64,000 bases of DNA, taken from Lama glama. Lineage: Eukaryota. Below, piece by piece: positions 11,765-24,281 of the stretch. The DNA is taken from NCBI GenBank assembly GCA_028534125.1, contig CM052817.1, forward strand, positions 35,032,001-35,096,000, in the 5' to 3' direction. How positions within the stretch are numbered: position 1 is the first letter of the stretch; the number at the start of each line of letters is the position of its first letter. Under the pieces are notes generated by a model. It searched no databases. It worked only from the letters and a program-made list of their open reading frames with translations, and was not told the DNA's origin. The position numbers were made by a program, and so were the translations under genes.

Positions 11765-12690
11765 TAATGAACATTTGTGTACGAGTTTTTGAGTGAATGT
11801 ATGTTTTCAGTGTCTCAGGTGTGTTCCTAGGTGTGGAATTGCTGGGTCATACGGTAACTCTTGTGTTTAATGTTTTCAGGAAATGCCACTCTTCCAAAGT
11901 GGCTGCACCATTTTACATTCCCTCCAGTAGCGTATGAGGGATCTAGTTTCTCTGCATACTTGCTAGCACTTATTATTATGAGTGTTTTGGAGAATAACTA
12001 TCCTGTGGCTCTGAAGTGGTATCTCAGGGTGATTTTGATTTGCATTTCCCTGATGGCTAATGACGTAAAGCTTTTCTTTTGATGTGCTTATGTCCATTTG
12101 TGTATCTTCTTTGGAGAAATGTCTATTGAGATCCTTTGCCAATTTTATATTGGGTTGGTTTTTTAAAATTTGTTTTGTAAGAGTTCTTTATATATTCTAG
12201 GTACATGATTTGCAAATATTTTCTTCCGTTCTGTGAGTTGTCCTTTCACTTTCTGGATGATGTCCTTTGAACCACACAAGCTTTACATTGTGGTATAGTC
12301 CAGTTGATCTATTTTTTCCTTTTGTCATTTGTGCTTTTTGTGTCAAATTTAAGAAACTGTTGCCTAATCCATGGTCACGAAGATCTATGCCTATGTTTTC
12401 TTCTAAGAGCTTTATAGTTTTAGCTCTTGCATTTTAGGTCTTTGACCCCTTTTAGTTAATTTTTGTGTATGGTATAGAGTAGGGCTCCAGTTTTATTCTT
12501 CTGCCTGTGGATGTGGTGTTGTCCTGGTAAGAAAAGTCTGTTCTTTCCCCCCCTGAATTGTCTTCACATCCTTGGTGAAAGTCAGTTGTCCATAAATAGG
12601 AGGGTTTACTTTTGGGCAGTTGATTCTTTTCCATTGTTCTGTATGTCTGTCCTTATGCCAGTGCCACACTGTTTGATTAATATGGCTTTA
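11765..12690 (-). mobile_element. Old L1 ORF2 fragment (L1MB/L1MC-type)
   Basis: ggaattgctgggtcatacggtaactc, gattttgatttgcatttccctgatggctaatga, tcttctttggagaaatgtctatt, ctatgttttcttctaagag. Confidence 0.9.
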
Positions 12691-13367
12691 CTCTTTTTAA
12701 TACTCACATTACAAAAGGGAACACTTAATTGTATACACAGGCATTGTCTCTTATCGGATCAGATAGTAAAGCCAATGGGAAAGGCACAGAACAAACACAG
12801 GAGCAGTTTACCCTTAAAAATCCTTAAGAAGTTGCAGTGTTGGAGATCAAGCACCATATTTCATTGGTTCAGCACGGCCGCTTTTTACCTGATTGTTTCT
12901 TTAGTTGAGCACCAGCTGAAGAAGTCAGCTTCCATTCAGGGGCTCTGCGATTTGCAAAATACTGACCTTTGAACACTAGAATTTCAGTGCACACAGAAGT
13001 TGGGTCCAAGGCAGATTCACATTTCTTTTCCCAGGCCCTCACGGTGCAGATGCTCATTGGGTAATGGCTGAACTGCTTACAATATTCATTTCCATTGGTC
13101 CTTCCTCCCTCCTCCTCCACTATCCCTTTGTCTTCTGCCTCTTTCTGCCTCTCTCTCCTCTTCACTGCACCCCTGCTCCCACCCACTACTTACCTTTCCC
13201 CTTTTCCTCCTCTCTTTCTTTCAGCTCCCCCAAACCCCCAGCACACTTTGCTGAATTTCTGTATCTTCATGTAGCTGTGATACAAGCTGTTATAACCCTG
13301 AATTAAAATGTAAATAAAATGAAAAAAAAAGTAAATAAAATGAACCAACCTCTGTCTCTTACAGTTT

Positions 13368-13517
13368 TTTTTAATCTTTTTTATTTTTTTGTTGGGGGGA
13401 AGTAATTAGGTTTGTTTGTTCGTTCCTTTATTTTTTTTAATGGAGGTACTGGGGATTGAACCCAGGACCTCATGCATGCTACGCATGCACTCTACCAATG
13501 AGCTATACCCTCCCCCC
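13368..13517 (-). mobile_element. vic-1-like SINE, long form
   Basis: Reverse tRNA-Ala head. 13-bp TSD tctcttacagttt at 13355-13367 and 13520-13532. Confidence 0.92.
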
Positions 13518-14059
13518 TCTCTCTTACAGTTTAGATTTGAGCAGTTAAAGTTCACCTTGTGGCAGGCAGTCAGATATTAGGATACTGTAGATACTTCTGA
13601 GGGTCTCAGCTGCCGGTGGTCTGGCAGTGGAGGTGATGTTTTCGCCAGTGGATGCTGTTAAAGAAATAAACCCTGAGACTTGTATTCACGCAATGAGCCG
13701 GTAAGGGGTTGCCTTTCTCCAGTCCTGGACGCATAGCCCCTGGCCTGCCTATTGGTGGCTTCTTTCCCAGTCAACAGCCTTGTCCATTTATCTTGATTTC
13801 ACCCACATGAGGATCTTCAGGGCGGGTGGGGCGGGGCAGGAGAACGCACGGTGTGACCTCTCTCAACGCAGCCCTTCTGGACAACTAGTAAGCAGTTTTC
13901 TGTGCTTTAACGGATCTCTAGAATTGAGATCTGTCAACATTTAACTATGCTGGCTTCAGATGACCAAACTCTTCAAGATCAATGGCAAGTGAGAGATGGA
14001 TGAATAAATAGATAATAAAAAGCAGTTTGCTTAGCTGCCTGATTAAAGAGGATGTCACA

Positions 14060-14327
14060 CTCATGGACAGAGAATACAGACTTGTGGTTACCAGGGGGGT
14101 AGAGGGTGGGAAGGGATAGACTGGGATTTCAAAATTGTAGAATAGATAAACAAGATTACACTGTATAGCACAGGGAAATACACACAAAATATTATGATAA
14201 ATCACAGAGAAAAAAATGTGACAGTAAGTGTATATGTGTCCATGAATGACTGAAGGATTGTGCTGGACACTGGAATTTGACACAACATTGTAGAATGATT
14301 ATAGATCAATAAAAAATGTTAAAAAAA
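14060..14327 (+). mobile_element. Young 5'-truncated L1 3'UTR with poly(A)
   Basis: Perfect 15-bp TSD aaagaggatgtcaca at 14045-14059 and 14328-14342, at a TT/AAAG endonuclease site. G-rich tract, AATAAA and A-tail present. Confidence 0.93.
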
Positions 14328-14679
14328 AAAGAGGATGTCACATAATCATTGTGAAAAATGTATGCAACTCAGAAGAGTGTTAAAACAGTAAAGATCATCC
14401 TATTAGCCACATTGGGGTCACACATAATTTTAGTTCGGAATTATTTACCATCGCACGCCCTTTAGCTGAACGTTGATCTGGCTGTTTTTAATGAGGAGTG
14501 TGCATTCTCAACAGGGAGGGTGCTGCCTTCAAGGACTCAAAAACTGGTTCTTGGAGGGGCCAAAGTCTTAGATATAACAATGGTTTGTGGCCCTTCAAAG
14601 GGCCACAGCATGTAAACAGATATTTATGTTTCGTGTGTGAGGGGAGTGACGAGGGGAAAAATGTCTCAAAAGGCTCCCT

Positions 14680-15064
14680 GGCGGGTGCTTCTCCCTCAAA
14701 TTCATGTGTTGAAAATGTTGACATCCTAACCCCTCATACCTCAGATGCTGACTGATTTGGAGATAGGGCCTTAAAGAGGTAATTAAGGGTAAAATGAGGT
14801 CATTAGGATGGGCCCTAATCCAACATGACTGGTGTCCTTATAAGAAGAGGAGATTAGTACAAAGTAGAGCAGAGAGGAAAACCATGTGAAGACAAAGGGA
14901 GGAGATGGCCATCTACGAGCCAAGGAGGGAGGCCTCAGAAGAAATTAACCCAGCTGACACCTTAATCTGGGACTTCCAGCCTCTAGGATGGGGAGAAAAT
15001 AAACTTCTCTTGTTTAAGCCACCCAGCCTGGTGCTTTGTTATGACAGCCCTAGTGGACTAATGA
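14680..15064 (+). mobile_element. MLT1B-like MaLR solo LTR
   Basis: tttggagatagggccttaaagaggtaattaagggtaaaatgaggtcattaggatgggccctaatccaacatgactggtgtccttataagaagagg...tttgttatgacagccctag. Confidence 0.9.
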
Positions 15065-15399
15065 GGGCGGGGGGCAGTGATAATGGCAAAAAGGTTGAGA
15101 AACACCAGTGTAGAATAAATTCCTCTGTTTTATGTTCTTTTAACTTCAGTTCTATTTCTTTCCAGTTCTCTATGTTAGTAAAAATTACAACATTGGGTTT
15201 CAATTTTATAATCTTATTAATAAGTACCATTCACCAAGGGATTTACCCATCCCCATCAATATCTGATTTGAACCTCAGAATTGCTTTCTACGGTGCTTGG
15301 GCATTCAGATTTCTATTTTATAGATGCCCCTGGGCATTTATACATGTCAGTCCGTTGCCTAGAAAGACATTTCCCTACCCACCCTGTGCTATCCCTTTT

Positions 15400-15632
15400 C
15401 TCCACTAAATTCCTTCAGGACCTTGCTCCTCCAGGAGGCTTTTCCTGACCTGCTAACATGCTTCTTAGCACTGTTTCCCCACAATGGTGCTAATCACCCT
15501 TACGGTGTTACCTATTTATTTTCTGTTTCCTTTACCAGACTGGCAGCCCTGTGAGTGACTGGCAGCTCTCTGTTTCTTATCACTGAATTTCCGGCATCCA
15601 ACAGAGTGCCAGGATATTTTGTTGATGAATGT
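15400..15632 (+). mobile_element. L2 3' end
   Basis: ctcctccaggaggcttttcctgacc...acagagtgccagg...ttgttgatgaatg. Confidence 0.6.
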
Positions 15633-16195
15633 ATCAGATTATATAGCTAATAAATTGAACTTAGTTTATTCAGCATCTAAATTCAGATCTTTCTCAACAA
15701 TACTGTGCTGCTTCTCTGATAATTCATCAGAATTATTTATCATAGTGGGTGTGGCTTTGTCTCTGTGTACAAAAGAATATTCGTGGGGTCTGCTCTCTGC
15801 ATGTGCTGTAGACCCCTGCCGTACTCTGACAGTGTGGCGTATATGTATGTGTGCATGCATGTGTGTGTGTATATAGTGGACTCAGCCTTGACTTGTTCCC
15901 CAGAGGATTTCCTGCTGCCTACCACATCAGAAAAGAGTCCTGTTAGTTCTTCTGTAATTTCCCAGTAACTTCTTAACGGCGATCGTGATGCAAAAAGGTG
16001 CCTTCTTCCTTCCAGTAGTTGCTAGAGGTGGGTTTTGGACAATGTTTATGATATAACATGAAGTTAACAAGGCTGAATCCAAAGTATATGTACAGCACAG
16101 TTGTAACTGTAATTGTTTCAGTCCTTTTCACATGCGACTTGCAAGTGGTGTGTGAGGTCTTGGGTTATATAAGGTGACTACGAAAGGCCTTTAGA

Positions 16196-16332
16196 GGGGA
16201 GGGTATAGCTCAGTGGTAGAGTGCCTGCTTGGCATGCACGAGGTCCTGGGTTCAATCTCCAGCGCCTCCATTAAGGAATAGATTAAATAAATAAAACTAA
16301 TTACCTCCCCCTCAAAAAACCACAACAAAACA
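16196..16332 (+). mobile_element. vic-1-like SINE, long form, intact A/B boxes
   Basis: ggggagggtatagctcagtggtagagtgcctgcttggcatgcacgaggtcctgggttcaatctccagcgcctcca. Flanking repeat gaaaggcct at 16182-16190 and 16333-16341. Confidence 0.92.
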
Positions 16333-18791
16333 GAAAGGCCTCTGCTCTCATGGCGCATACAATTTTTTGAAGACTAGTCATGAAAACAGATGAATTCTGC
16401 AGGATTGGTGCTACAGCAGAGATGGGAAGAGGATGCTGCAAGGCCCGACGAGCCCAGCAGATGCTCTGCTGGGAGGTATTTTGGGAAGGCATCATACATG
16501 AGCTGGGTTTGAAAGGAGAATAGGAATTTGCCAGATGAAAAATGGGAAAAAATACACAAAGGCACCAACCTAGGGGAAGGTCTCGTCTAAAGAGGAATGT
16601 GTACATGGCAGAAAGCTGGAAAGGAATGGCCCCAAGTGAATCGCTGGTGTTCCATGGCTGTGAAATTATCAGTTTTCTTTTTTCTTTTTCAGAATTTCCT
16701 TTAATACTGTAGCTCTGTTGTTTTCATAACTCAAAATAAAATGAAGTAAACACCTGTGATGGTTGTATTAGAGCATTAGAATGAATTACTTTCTTTTTCT
16801 TAAAATTCTTTTATTTCATATTGCCTGTATTTGTACTTAAGTTGACATCCAGATTAAAAAAGCTAGTATTGCCCATTTGACTAAATTGTTATTAGGTTTT
16901 CAGGAGAGGGCACAAAACAGGATACCGTTTGGTTCCTTTTTTGATAAACAGACTCCGAGTTTCCTTTTGCCTTGAATTTTCATTGACTGGCTCTCCCCTT
17001 GGCTGCCAGGCTAGGCCTGGAAGTGTCATCTTTGCTGAGGTACATGGGGAAAAGGAGTCTTCAACCTGGTTGGCAGAGAGAGTTTACCCTGGGTGCAATT
17101 AGTGGAGTGCATTCAGCCAAGGAGGTGCGACAGCAGGGTGGCTGGAAGGGGTCTGGGAGAGACTGGATTATTTTAGTTACAAGGGAAGAATCCACAGATG
17201 GAGCTCTCAGAGGCACAGCAGGTCCAGGGAATGGAGCAAAAAGCACTGGGCAGGTGAAGCTGGGCTGTACAGGAAACGAAGTCTGCAGACACTTGGCTGG
17301 TGGTGGAAGGTTCCTTTTATGTGGAGTCCAGCATGTCTTGCCAGGGCAGGGGAAGCCATTTAAAGGCACCGTGCCGGCCCAGACACCAGGCACTGGAGGT
17401 TTTCCCAAAACACCTTCAGAGCCAGGCTGAATGGACTTCTCAGTGCACTGTGTATACCGAAGGTTTTAGCCAACTCTAAAGGTCTACATGCAGAGATATC
17501 TCCTTTCTGATTTCATTTGTGGAGGGAAGATTTTAAAAACAGATTTTAAATTACTTCATATTTGAATCATCACACTGTTTTGGATTTTTTTTCCTGCTTC
17601 TGAGGAGGTAGGAATAGACATGGTTTATGCGGTAGGCACTCAAGATTTGGCCTTTTGCCTAATAATTGTTAATTGCATCTGGATCAAAACCAAACTTATT
17701 TCTTATGCCCCCCCAATAACTTTTGCTTTTAATCTTCCCCTTCTTTAAAAATGAAAAAACTCAACTTTAACTGTGCGGTAGCAGATTTCTCTTTCCCCCA
17801 AGAAGGTGAGTGTAGGTTTACCATTTGAATGGTTTAATAATTTGAAGGATCAGAATGTGAGCACTAGCAGAGTGACATGAGAGGGGAAATGCCGGCCAGG
17901 ATGAGGGAAACGGCAACTCAGAAGGACCGTTTTCTAATGCTTCTGAGTTGTGTTATTAGCTGAGCATCAAATATTTTAAATTACCTTTCAGAACAATGTT
18001 ACAAAACATGGTAAAAAAATGAAAGGAATTATTTCAAAATAGTAGCATTTGCTGGAAATGTGATTATGGGTTCTGGCCCATAAAATGCTGTATTTTTTTT
18101 CAGAGATAGTACAATTCTAAATTTGATGTGTGTAAATCATCTTATATTATTTGTAAGCAACCAGGTCCACTGGATCAGATACTAAGTTGCACCAGATCTT
18201 CCCCCGTCTTCAGGGCCTATTGTGCCGTGTCCAGAGATCACATGTCACGTCAGCTTAAGAAGCCCTACATACGTTTTCTTTTGTTTTCTCTTTTTTTTTA
18301 ACAGGGCTGTTACAACACACACACACGTTACTACATGGGTGATTAAAAGCTTCTTGTTTTGTTTGTCAGATAATCTCTGATTATAAACTAAAGAGTGGTT
18401 CACACCCTCACGGAACCTCCTTTGAGCTAGAGTAGGGCACAGGCTGTGGTAGATGGTGGTAGCTTGCCAACTCGTTAGTAAGGTCAGTTTTCTAGAAGAT
18501 ATAGTTACAAAATAAAGTCCCCTCTCTCATCAACAGATAGTTTCAGTGGCAAAGTCAAAGTGACAAGACTTAAAATATTTATTACCCCTAAAGGCACCCA
18601 CCCAGCAACCAGGACATCAGACCTTTATTAACAGAGACAAATGATCTGCTAAGAGTAGTGATGCCCTTCTTTCTAAAAACAAAATTCCTAAAAATGTCTT
18701 ATTTCTCAAGCTACATTAGATCTGTAAACTCATTTTCTCTTGTCCCAATTATCTTGTTACCAGAGATCAAATTAAACACCTACATCACGTC

Positions 18792-18995
18792 TTTTTTTTT
18801 AATGAAGTATAGTCATCTTATGATTTTGTGTCAATTTATGGTGTATAGTATAATGTTTCAGTCCTATAAATGTGTACATATATTTGTTTTCATATTCTTT
18901 TTCATTATAGGTTACTATAAGATAGTAAATGTAGTTCCCTGTGCTATACAGTATAAACTTGTTGTTTATCTATTTTATATATAGTAGTTAGTCTG
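18792..18995 (-). mobile_element. 5'-truncated L1 3'UTR
   Basis: Poly-T, then tataggttactataagatagtaaatgtagttccctgtgctatacagta. Confidence 0.85.
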
Positions 18996-19469
18996 CATGA
19001 TGTCTTCTGTTCAAATTCTTTCATATCAACACCACTTTATACTTACTGCCATTTTGCCTAAGACTCACCTGGATGGTTTATGGAGAATGTATCACATATA
19101 GTTTTATTTTTAATGATCTGAGCACCTGCACAGTATGACTGTCAGAAATTCAAAGATATCCTTAAGGTAGAGTGCTCAGGTTAATTACTGATTACTTTTC
19201 TGACCAAAGTATTGTTTGTTTCCTGCCTCTATTCATTCAACTATTGGGAGGTCCATACTTAATATTTAAGGTAGTTAATATTTGTGTTTGATAATGGTGA
19301 CATCATGAAAAGTTAAATAATATATTAAGTGAAAGCATCAGTATAAGAGATGTAGCAGGACCCAAGGAATCAAATTAATGCTCTGAAGTTATAAAGGAAA
19401 AATATCATTGTAGGCTAGAGTAGTTAAGGAGAGCTTTGGAAAGACTGTAGGGTTTTTGTTCATTCATTC

Positions 19470-20710
19470 AATAAGTGGTGCTGGGACCACTGGACAGTTA
19501 CGTGTAAAAGAATGAAATTAGAACATTTTCTCACACCACATACAAAAATAAACTCAAAATAGATTAAAGACCTAAATTTAAGACTGGATACTATAAAACT
19601 CCTAGAGGAAAACATAGGCAGAACACCCTTTGATAAAAATTGCAGGAATTTTTTTTGGATCCATCTCCCAAAATAAAGGAAATAAAAGCAAAAATAAGCA
19701 AATGGGACCTGATTAAACGTAAAAGCTTTTGTATAGCAAAGGAAACGATTGACGAAATGAAAAGACAACCTACTGAATGGTAGAAAATATTTGCAAATGA
19801 TATGACTGACAAGGGATTACTACCCAACATATATAAATGACTTGTGAACTCAACATCAAAACAAACAAACTGATTAAGAAATGGGCAAAAGAACTGAAGA
19901 GACATTTTTCCAAAGAGGAGATGCAGATGGCCAACCGGCACATGAAAAGATGCTCAACATTGCTAATCATCAGAAAAATGATCTAATATGATCTAATAGG
20001 AGTGGCTGTCTTCAAAAAGAACATAAATGACAAATGTTGGCGAGGATATGGAGAAGAGAGACCCCTCGTACACCATTGGTGGGATGTAAATGGTGCAGCT
20101 GTTGTGGAAAACAATGTGGAGGTTTCTCAAAAAACTGAAAATAGAACTACCATATGACCCAGCAGTTCCACTTCTGGGTATATATCAAAATAAAACAAAA
20201 ACACTAATTCAAAAAGATATATATCCACCCAATGTTCACAGCAGCGTTATTTATAATTGCCAAAATATGGAAACAACCTGTGTCCATCAACAGATGAATG
20301 GATAAAGAATATGTCTACAATGGAATACTACTCAACCATAAAAAATAGTGAAAGTAGATGGACTTGGAGGGCATTATGCTAAGTGAAATAAGTGAGACAG
20401 AGGAAGACAAATACTGGATAATATCACTTATATGTGGAATCTAAAAAATACAACATCCAGTGAATATAACAAAAAAGAAGCAGACTTACAGACATAGAGA
20501 ACAAACTAGTGGTTACCAGTGGGGGGACAGGGAGGAGCAAAAATGGGGTGGGGAGGGTGGGAGGCACAAACCATTGGATATAAAACAGGCTCAAGGATGT
20601 ATTGCCCAACACGATGAATATAGCCAATATTTTGTAATAACTATAAATGGAAAGTAACCTTTAAAATTGTATAAAAATTAAAAAGTTTAAAAAATAAAAA
20701 ATAATTTTTA
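19470..20710 (+). mobile_element. L1 ORF2 3' part plus 3'UTR, nested in an L2 tail
   Basis: ORF2 C-terminal remnant ([28 protein letters not shown]) and A-rich end. Interrupts the L2 tail ttcattcattca...tttattgag. Confidence 0.95.
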
Positions 20711-20715
20711 AAGAA

Positions 20716-21600
20716 GTTTATTGAGATCTTACTAAGTTCCTGGAACCTCTCTAGGTATTGGGCATACAGCAGTGGACAAGACTGACCAGTTTTCTGCTCC
20801 TGAAGTTCTTACATTCTGGTGGAAGAACAAGACAATAAACAAAGGAAAAATCTATTTAACAAGAAATCGTTGACAATGGCTCTGCAGAACTGTAGGATTA
20901 GTTCCTATAGGGTGGTGTGATAGAGTGCCTTGGGAGGTTACTTTAGACTGTTGGTCAACATAGGCTGCTTTGAAGTGGTGACATTTTAGCTGAGGCCTGA
21001 ATGACAAGGAAGCAGCCATGTGATGACATCTGGGCCCCTCAGATAGCAGGGCATCCAGTGCCCAAGCCCTAACGCAGGAAGGAGCTTCATATGTTTAAGG
21101 GACAAAAAGATGAGATCAGAGAGGTTGGTAGGGAGCAGATCATGTGAATGTGTATGTAGGTTTTTGGATAAGAAATTCGGATTAAATGCTAATTGCAATG
21201 GCAAACAATGGGAGGTGTTTGAGCAAGGGAGGGCCGTGAGCTGGTTTCTGTTTTAGAATTTCATTGTGGACACTGTGTAAAGAATGGATTTAGGGAAGGC
21301 AAGAGCAAAAGCCGGGGTACTAAACAGGGAGCAACTGTAGAAGTCCAAGTGAGAGACTTACGGTGTCTTCTACAGAAGGGTGATAGGGGCAGGGGGTGAA
21401 GTGGGTAGATTTGGGAAATAATTGGGGTGTAGAGCCCACAAGATCTGTGCGTGGCTTTGAAATGAGAGACGAGGAAATAGAATTCAAAGATGAGTTCTAG
21501 ATTTCTGGCCAAAGCAACTGGGTAAATGATGGTGAACTTTGAAGAAAGGATAGAATTTGGAGAAAAGGAACCAAAAATTTCATATATGGAAGTAGGAATA
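20716..21600 (-). mobile_element. L2 LINE
   Basis: tttattgag...ctaggtattgggcatacagcagtggacaagac; gtggtgacattttagctgaggcctgaatga; gtccaagtgagaga. Confidence 0.8.
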
Positions 21601-23422
21601 GATATAACTTGTGGGGTAGGCTTTTAAGATTTGGTAAAAATCAAAAGCTCCTTCTCAGGGTTCCAAGAACAGAGGGCATAACATTCTATTGAATAAAATT
21701 TTAGAAATGTTTTAAATGTATAGTTTTTTTTTGCATGATGGCCTGTCAGGAGCAATGGAACAGGAAGGTTGGGGAAAAGAAGAAAGAGTGGAAAATAGAA
21801 ACAAGAGGAATAGGTAAGTCAGAGAGAAAGACAGAGATGGAGAGATACAGAAAGAAAAACTACAGACTAAAGAGGCAGATGCTCAGAATTAGAGACACGA
21901 AGGACACGTGTTCCTGTGCAGGTTCTGCTTTCTCCTGCTTCTATACTCAGAGCCAAAGACGGATGCTGGAGGCAGTTGTAAGGAGGTGAGAATAGTTTTT
22001 CCTTATTGTAATTAACTGTAGAAGTGATACCAAGATACCGACCAAAAGCAAATGAGACCAGATCTTTTTCAGAAGTAGGAAAATTGCCTTTCTTTCATTC
22101 TTTGTTATTATTAGAAAGGATCTTGGACCCTGAATGTTTCCAGGATAAAATGTTTTTTACAGTTTGTTATTAGGTAAGCAGTGGATTAAATAATGGCCTG
22201 AAAAATGTATCAGTGGCAGTGAACAATTAATTCGTTTTTTAAAGACAAGGGGCTCCCCAAAAGAGTTCTTTCTCCTTAATGGACAAAGTGAAAAGTTAAC
22301 TGTCAATTGACAGGTTAAGTTGAGCTGCAGGAGTAAACACATAAACACATGCATACGTTCTGTCCCCTATCCTGTCATACCATAGCATACCCAAGCCCAC
22401 CTACATTTCTTGATGCAATAAATAGGCTCAATTTAGAATAGAAAAACACTTGGAGTTTTTTTGTTTGATTATTGTAAGTAGGATCTATATCCATCCTAGA
22501 TTCATTGTGAATTTTCTTAAAAATTGATTATTGGTTAAAATGTGTTTACTAGAAATCCACAAGGACCTACAAATGAATCAGTTCAATGGGGAGCTATAAG
22601 GAACAAGATATTAGACGTGTGTAATTAGAAGACCAAGCAACATGCTAGGGTACTGTAAGGACAGGTGAGTTATCCGCTTCACCCCAAAAGACCAGTGAAA
22701 GTATCACAAATAATAAAAGTAACTGGGAGAGTTCAGGGGCCATGGAACTACATTGGGCTGAGGATTTTTCTTTTTATCCCTCTCCTCACCTCCTTCCCTC
22801 TTTCCTTCTCTCCGTCTTTCCTTCTTTTTTTCTTTTGAATTTTTATATTTTCCTAAGATGACATGAAAAGAACACTCACTTAAGACATTATACTTGGGTT
22901 CTATTATTTATGATTATGTCCTAGTATTTTCGTGAAAAAAATTGGGCTTGATTCTAAAACTTAACATTCAGAAATAATCCTCACTATGAAATTTGCATTT
23001 CTCCTTTTGTCCCGGCTTCTTGGTTGTTAGGATATTTATGATGATGTTTATCATATTGTTCCTGTCGGGTCAGCTCTGCCCGGCTCTGGGACAGAATGAA
23101 GCCAGGGGCACTAAGAAATGTCTGATGAGATGACTGGGGATGTGTTGTGATTTATAAAGTCAGATAAATTATCACTGCCCTTTCTTAGTAATGGTAGTAA
23201 ATAACTGCCCCAAGCGGAGTTGTTTATGAATGGCCATGCAGGACAGAGAGGTAAAACGGAAAATCATCTGGTTAGTTGGAAAGATTTATGCAGGGCTTAC
23301 TACCATATGAATTTTCTTTGGACGTTTCAAGGTGAGTTTTGATCATTACACATTATTCATCAAAGGTTAGGTAAATGAATTACATAGAAAACTGTTTTAA
23401 GTATTAAAAGAGATATTCTAGC

Positions 23423-23503
23423 GGGGTGGGATATAGCTTGGTCATAGAGTGCGTGCTTGGCATGCATGTGGTCCTGGAATACCTCCATTAAAGGAAAAAA
23501 AAA
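23423..23503 (+). mobile_element. vic-1-like SINE, short form with B-box deletion
   Basis: ggggtgggatatagcttggtcatagagtgcgtgcttggcatgcatgtggtcctgg--aatacctccattaaagg plus A-tail. Confidence 0.8.
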
Positions 23504-24076
23504 GAGAGAGAGGGACATTTTGACCTGGGTCACCACTTAAGCCACATGAAAGTCTCTTGGCATGGCCTTCACTACAGGTGTGTGATTGTCACAGAGCTTC
23601 ACAGTTTGGTTTTATGCGTGGGTTTGAGTGGAGTGCTAGTGCCTGGCCAAGCTCCCTGACATACCTTCTCTGCAAACGTTCCTATCCAGGTGACAGAGAT
23701 GAGAATAGATTTCGGGAGGCACCTTAGGAGGAAAAGGTGAATGTAGAAAAGGCAAATCTGAGGGATGTGAGTTGTCCATCACTAAATATTTCCCTCCCAT
23801 TTCACATTTCTCAGCCAGGAGTCCTTAAAAAAATTTGTAGTAGAATCTTTTATTTTAACGTTTTATGTATGTGGCTCTCTCAGAGACCTTAATGATTCCC
23901 CTTTTTTATTTTCAAGTGGGAATTAATACAAGTCTGTTTGGCTGACAGTCCTATTAGCTCTGCAGGATGTGGTTGGGAGAGTGGGAGTCTAGGATTCTTG
24001 TGGGAGTTCTCCTGCAAAACAGGTGTGTGGCTTCAAGAAAGTCTGCCCTCCTGGGCACCAAAATCTTCATCTGCAC

Positions 24077-24281
24077 CAGGGGAAGAAGTTTTCTTGTAAT
24101 AGACCAGGAAGTAAATATTTTAGGCTTCCCAGACTGAGTATGGTATCTGTTGAGATTCTGCTTTGGTTTTATTTGTCTTTTATAACCCTTAAAAAAGTGT
24201 AAAGAACATTCTTAGCTCCTAGGCCACATGTAAGCAGGGTGTGGGCTGATTTGGCCCCTCTGTCTTAGTTTGCCCACCCCA
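24077..24281 (+). mobile_element. MER58-like hAT MITE
   Basis: gtaaatattttaggctt...gatttggccc...tagtttgcccacccc. Confidence 0.75.

Noticed and set aside
13430..13517. tRNA-Ala-like sequences (this and seven other copies) as real tRNA genes
   Set aside because: They carry A-rich tails, TSDs, extra 5' G residues and stem-breaking mutations, so they are SINEs.
20090..20305. ORFs with recognisable protein similarity (also 42353-42559 and 44524-44769)
   Set aside because: Decayed L1 ORF2 C-terminal remnants, not host genes.
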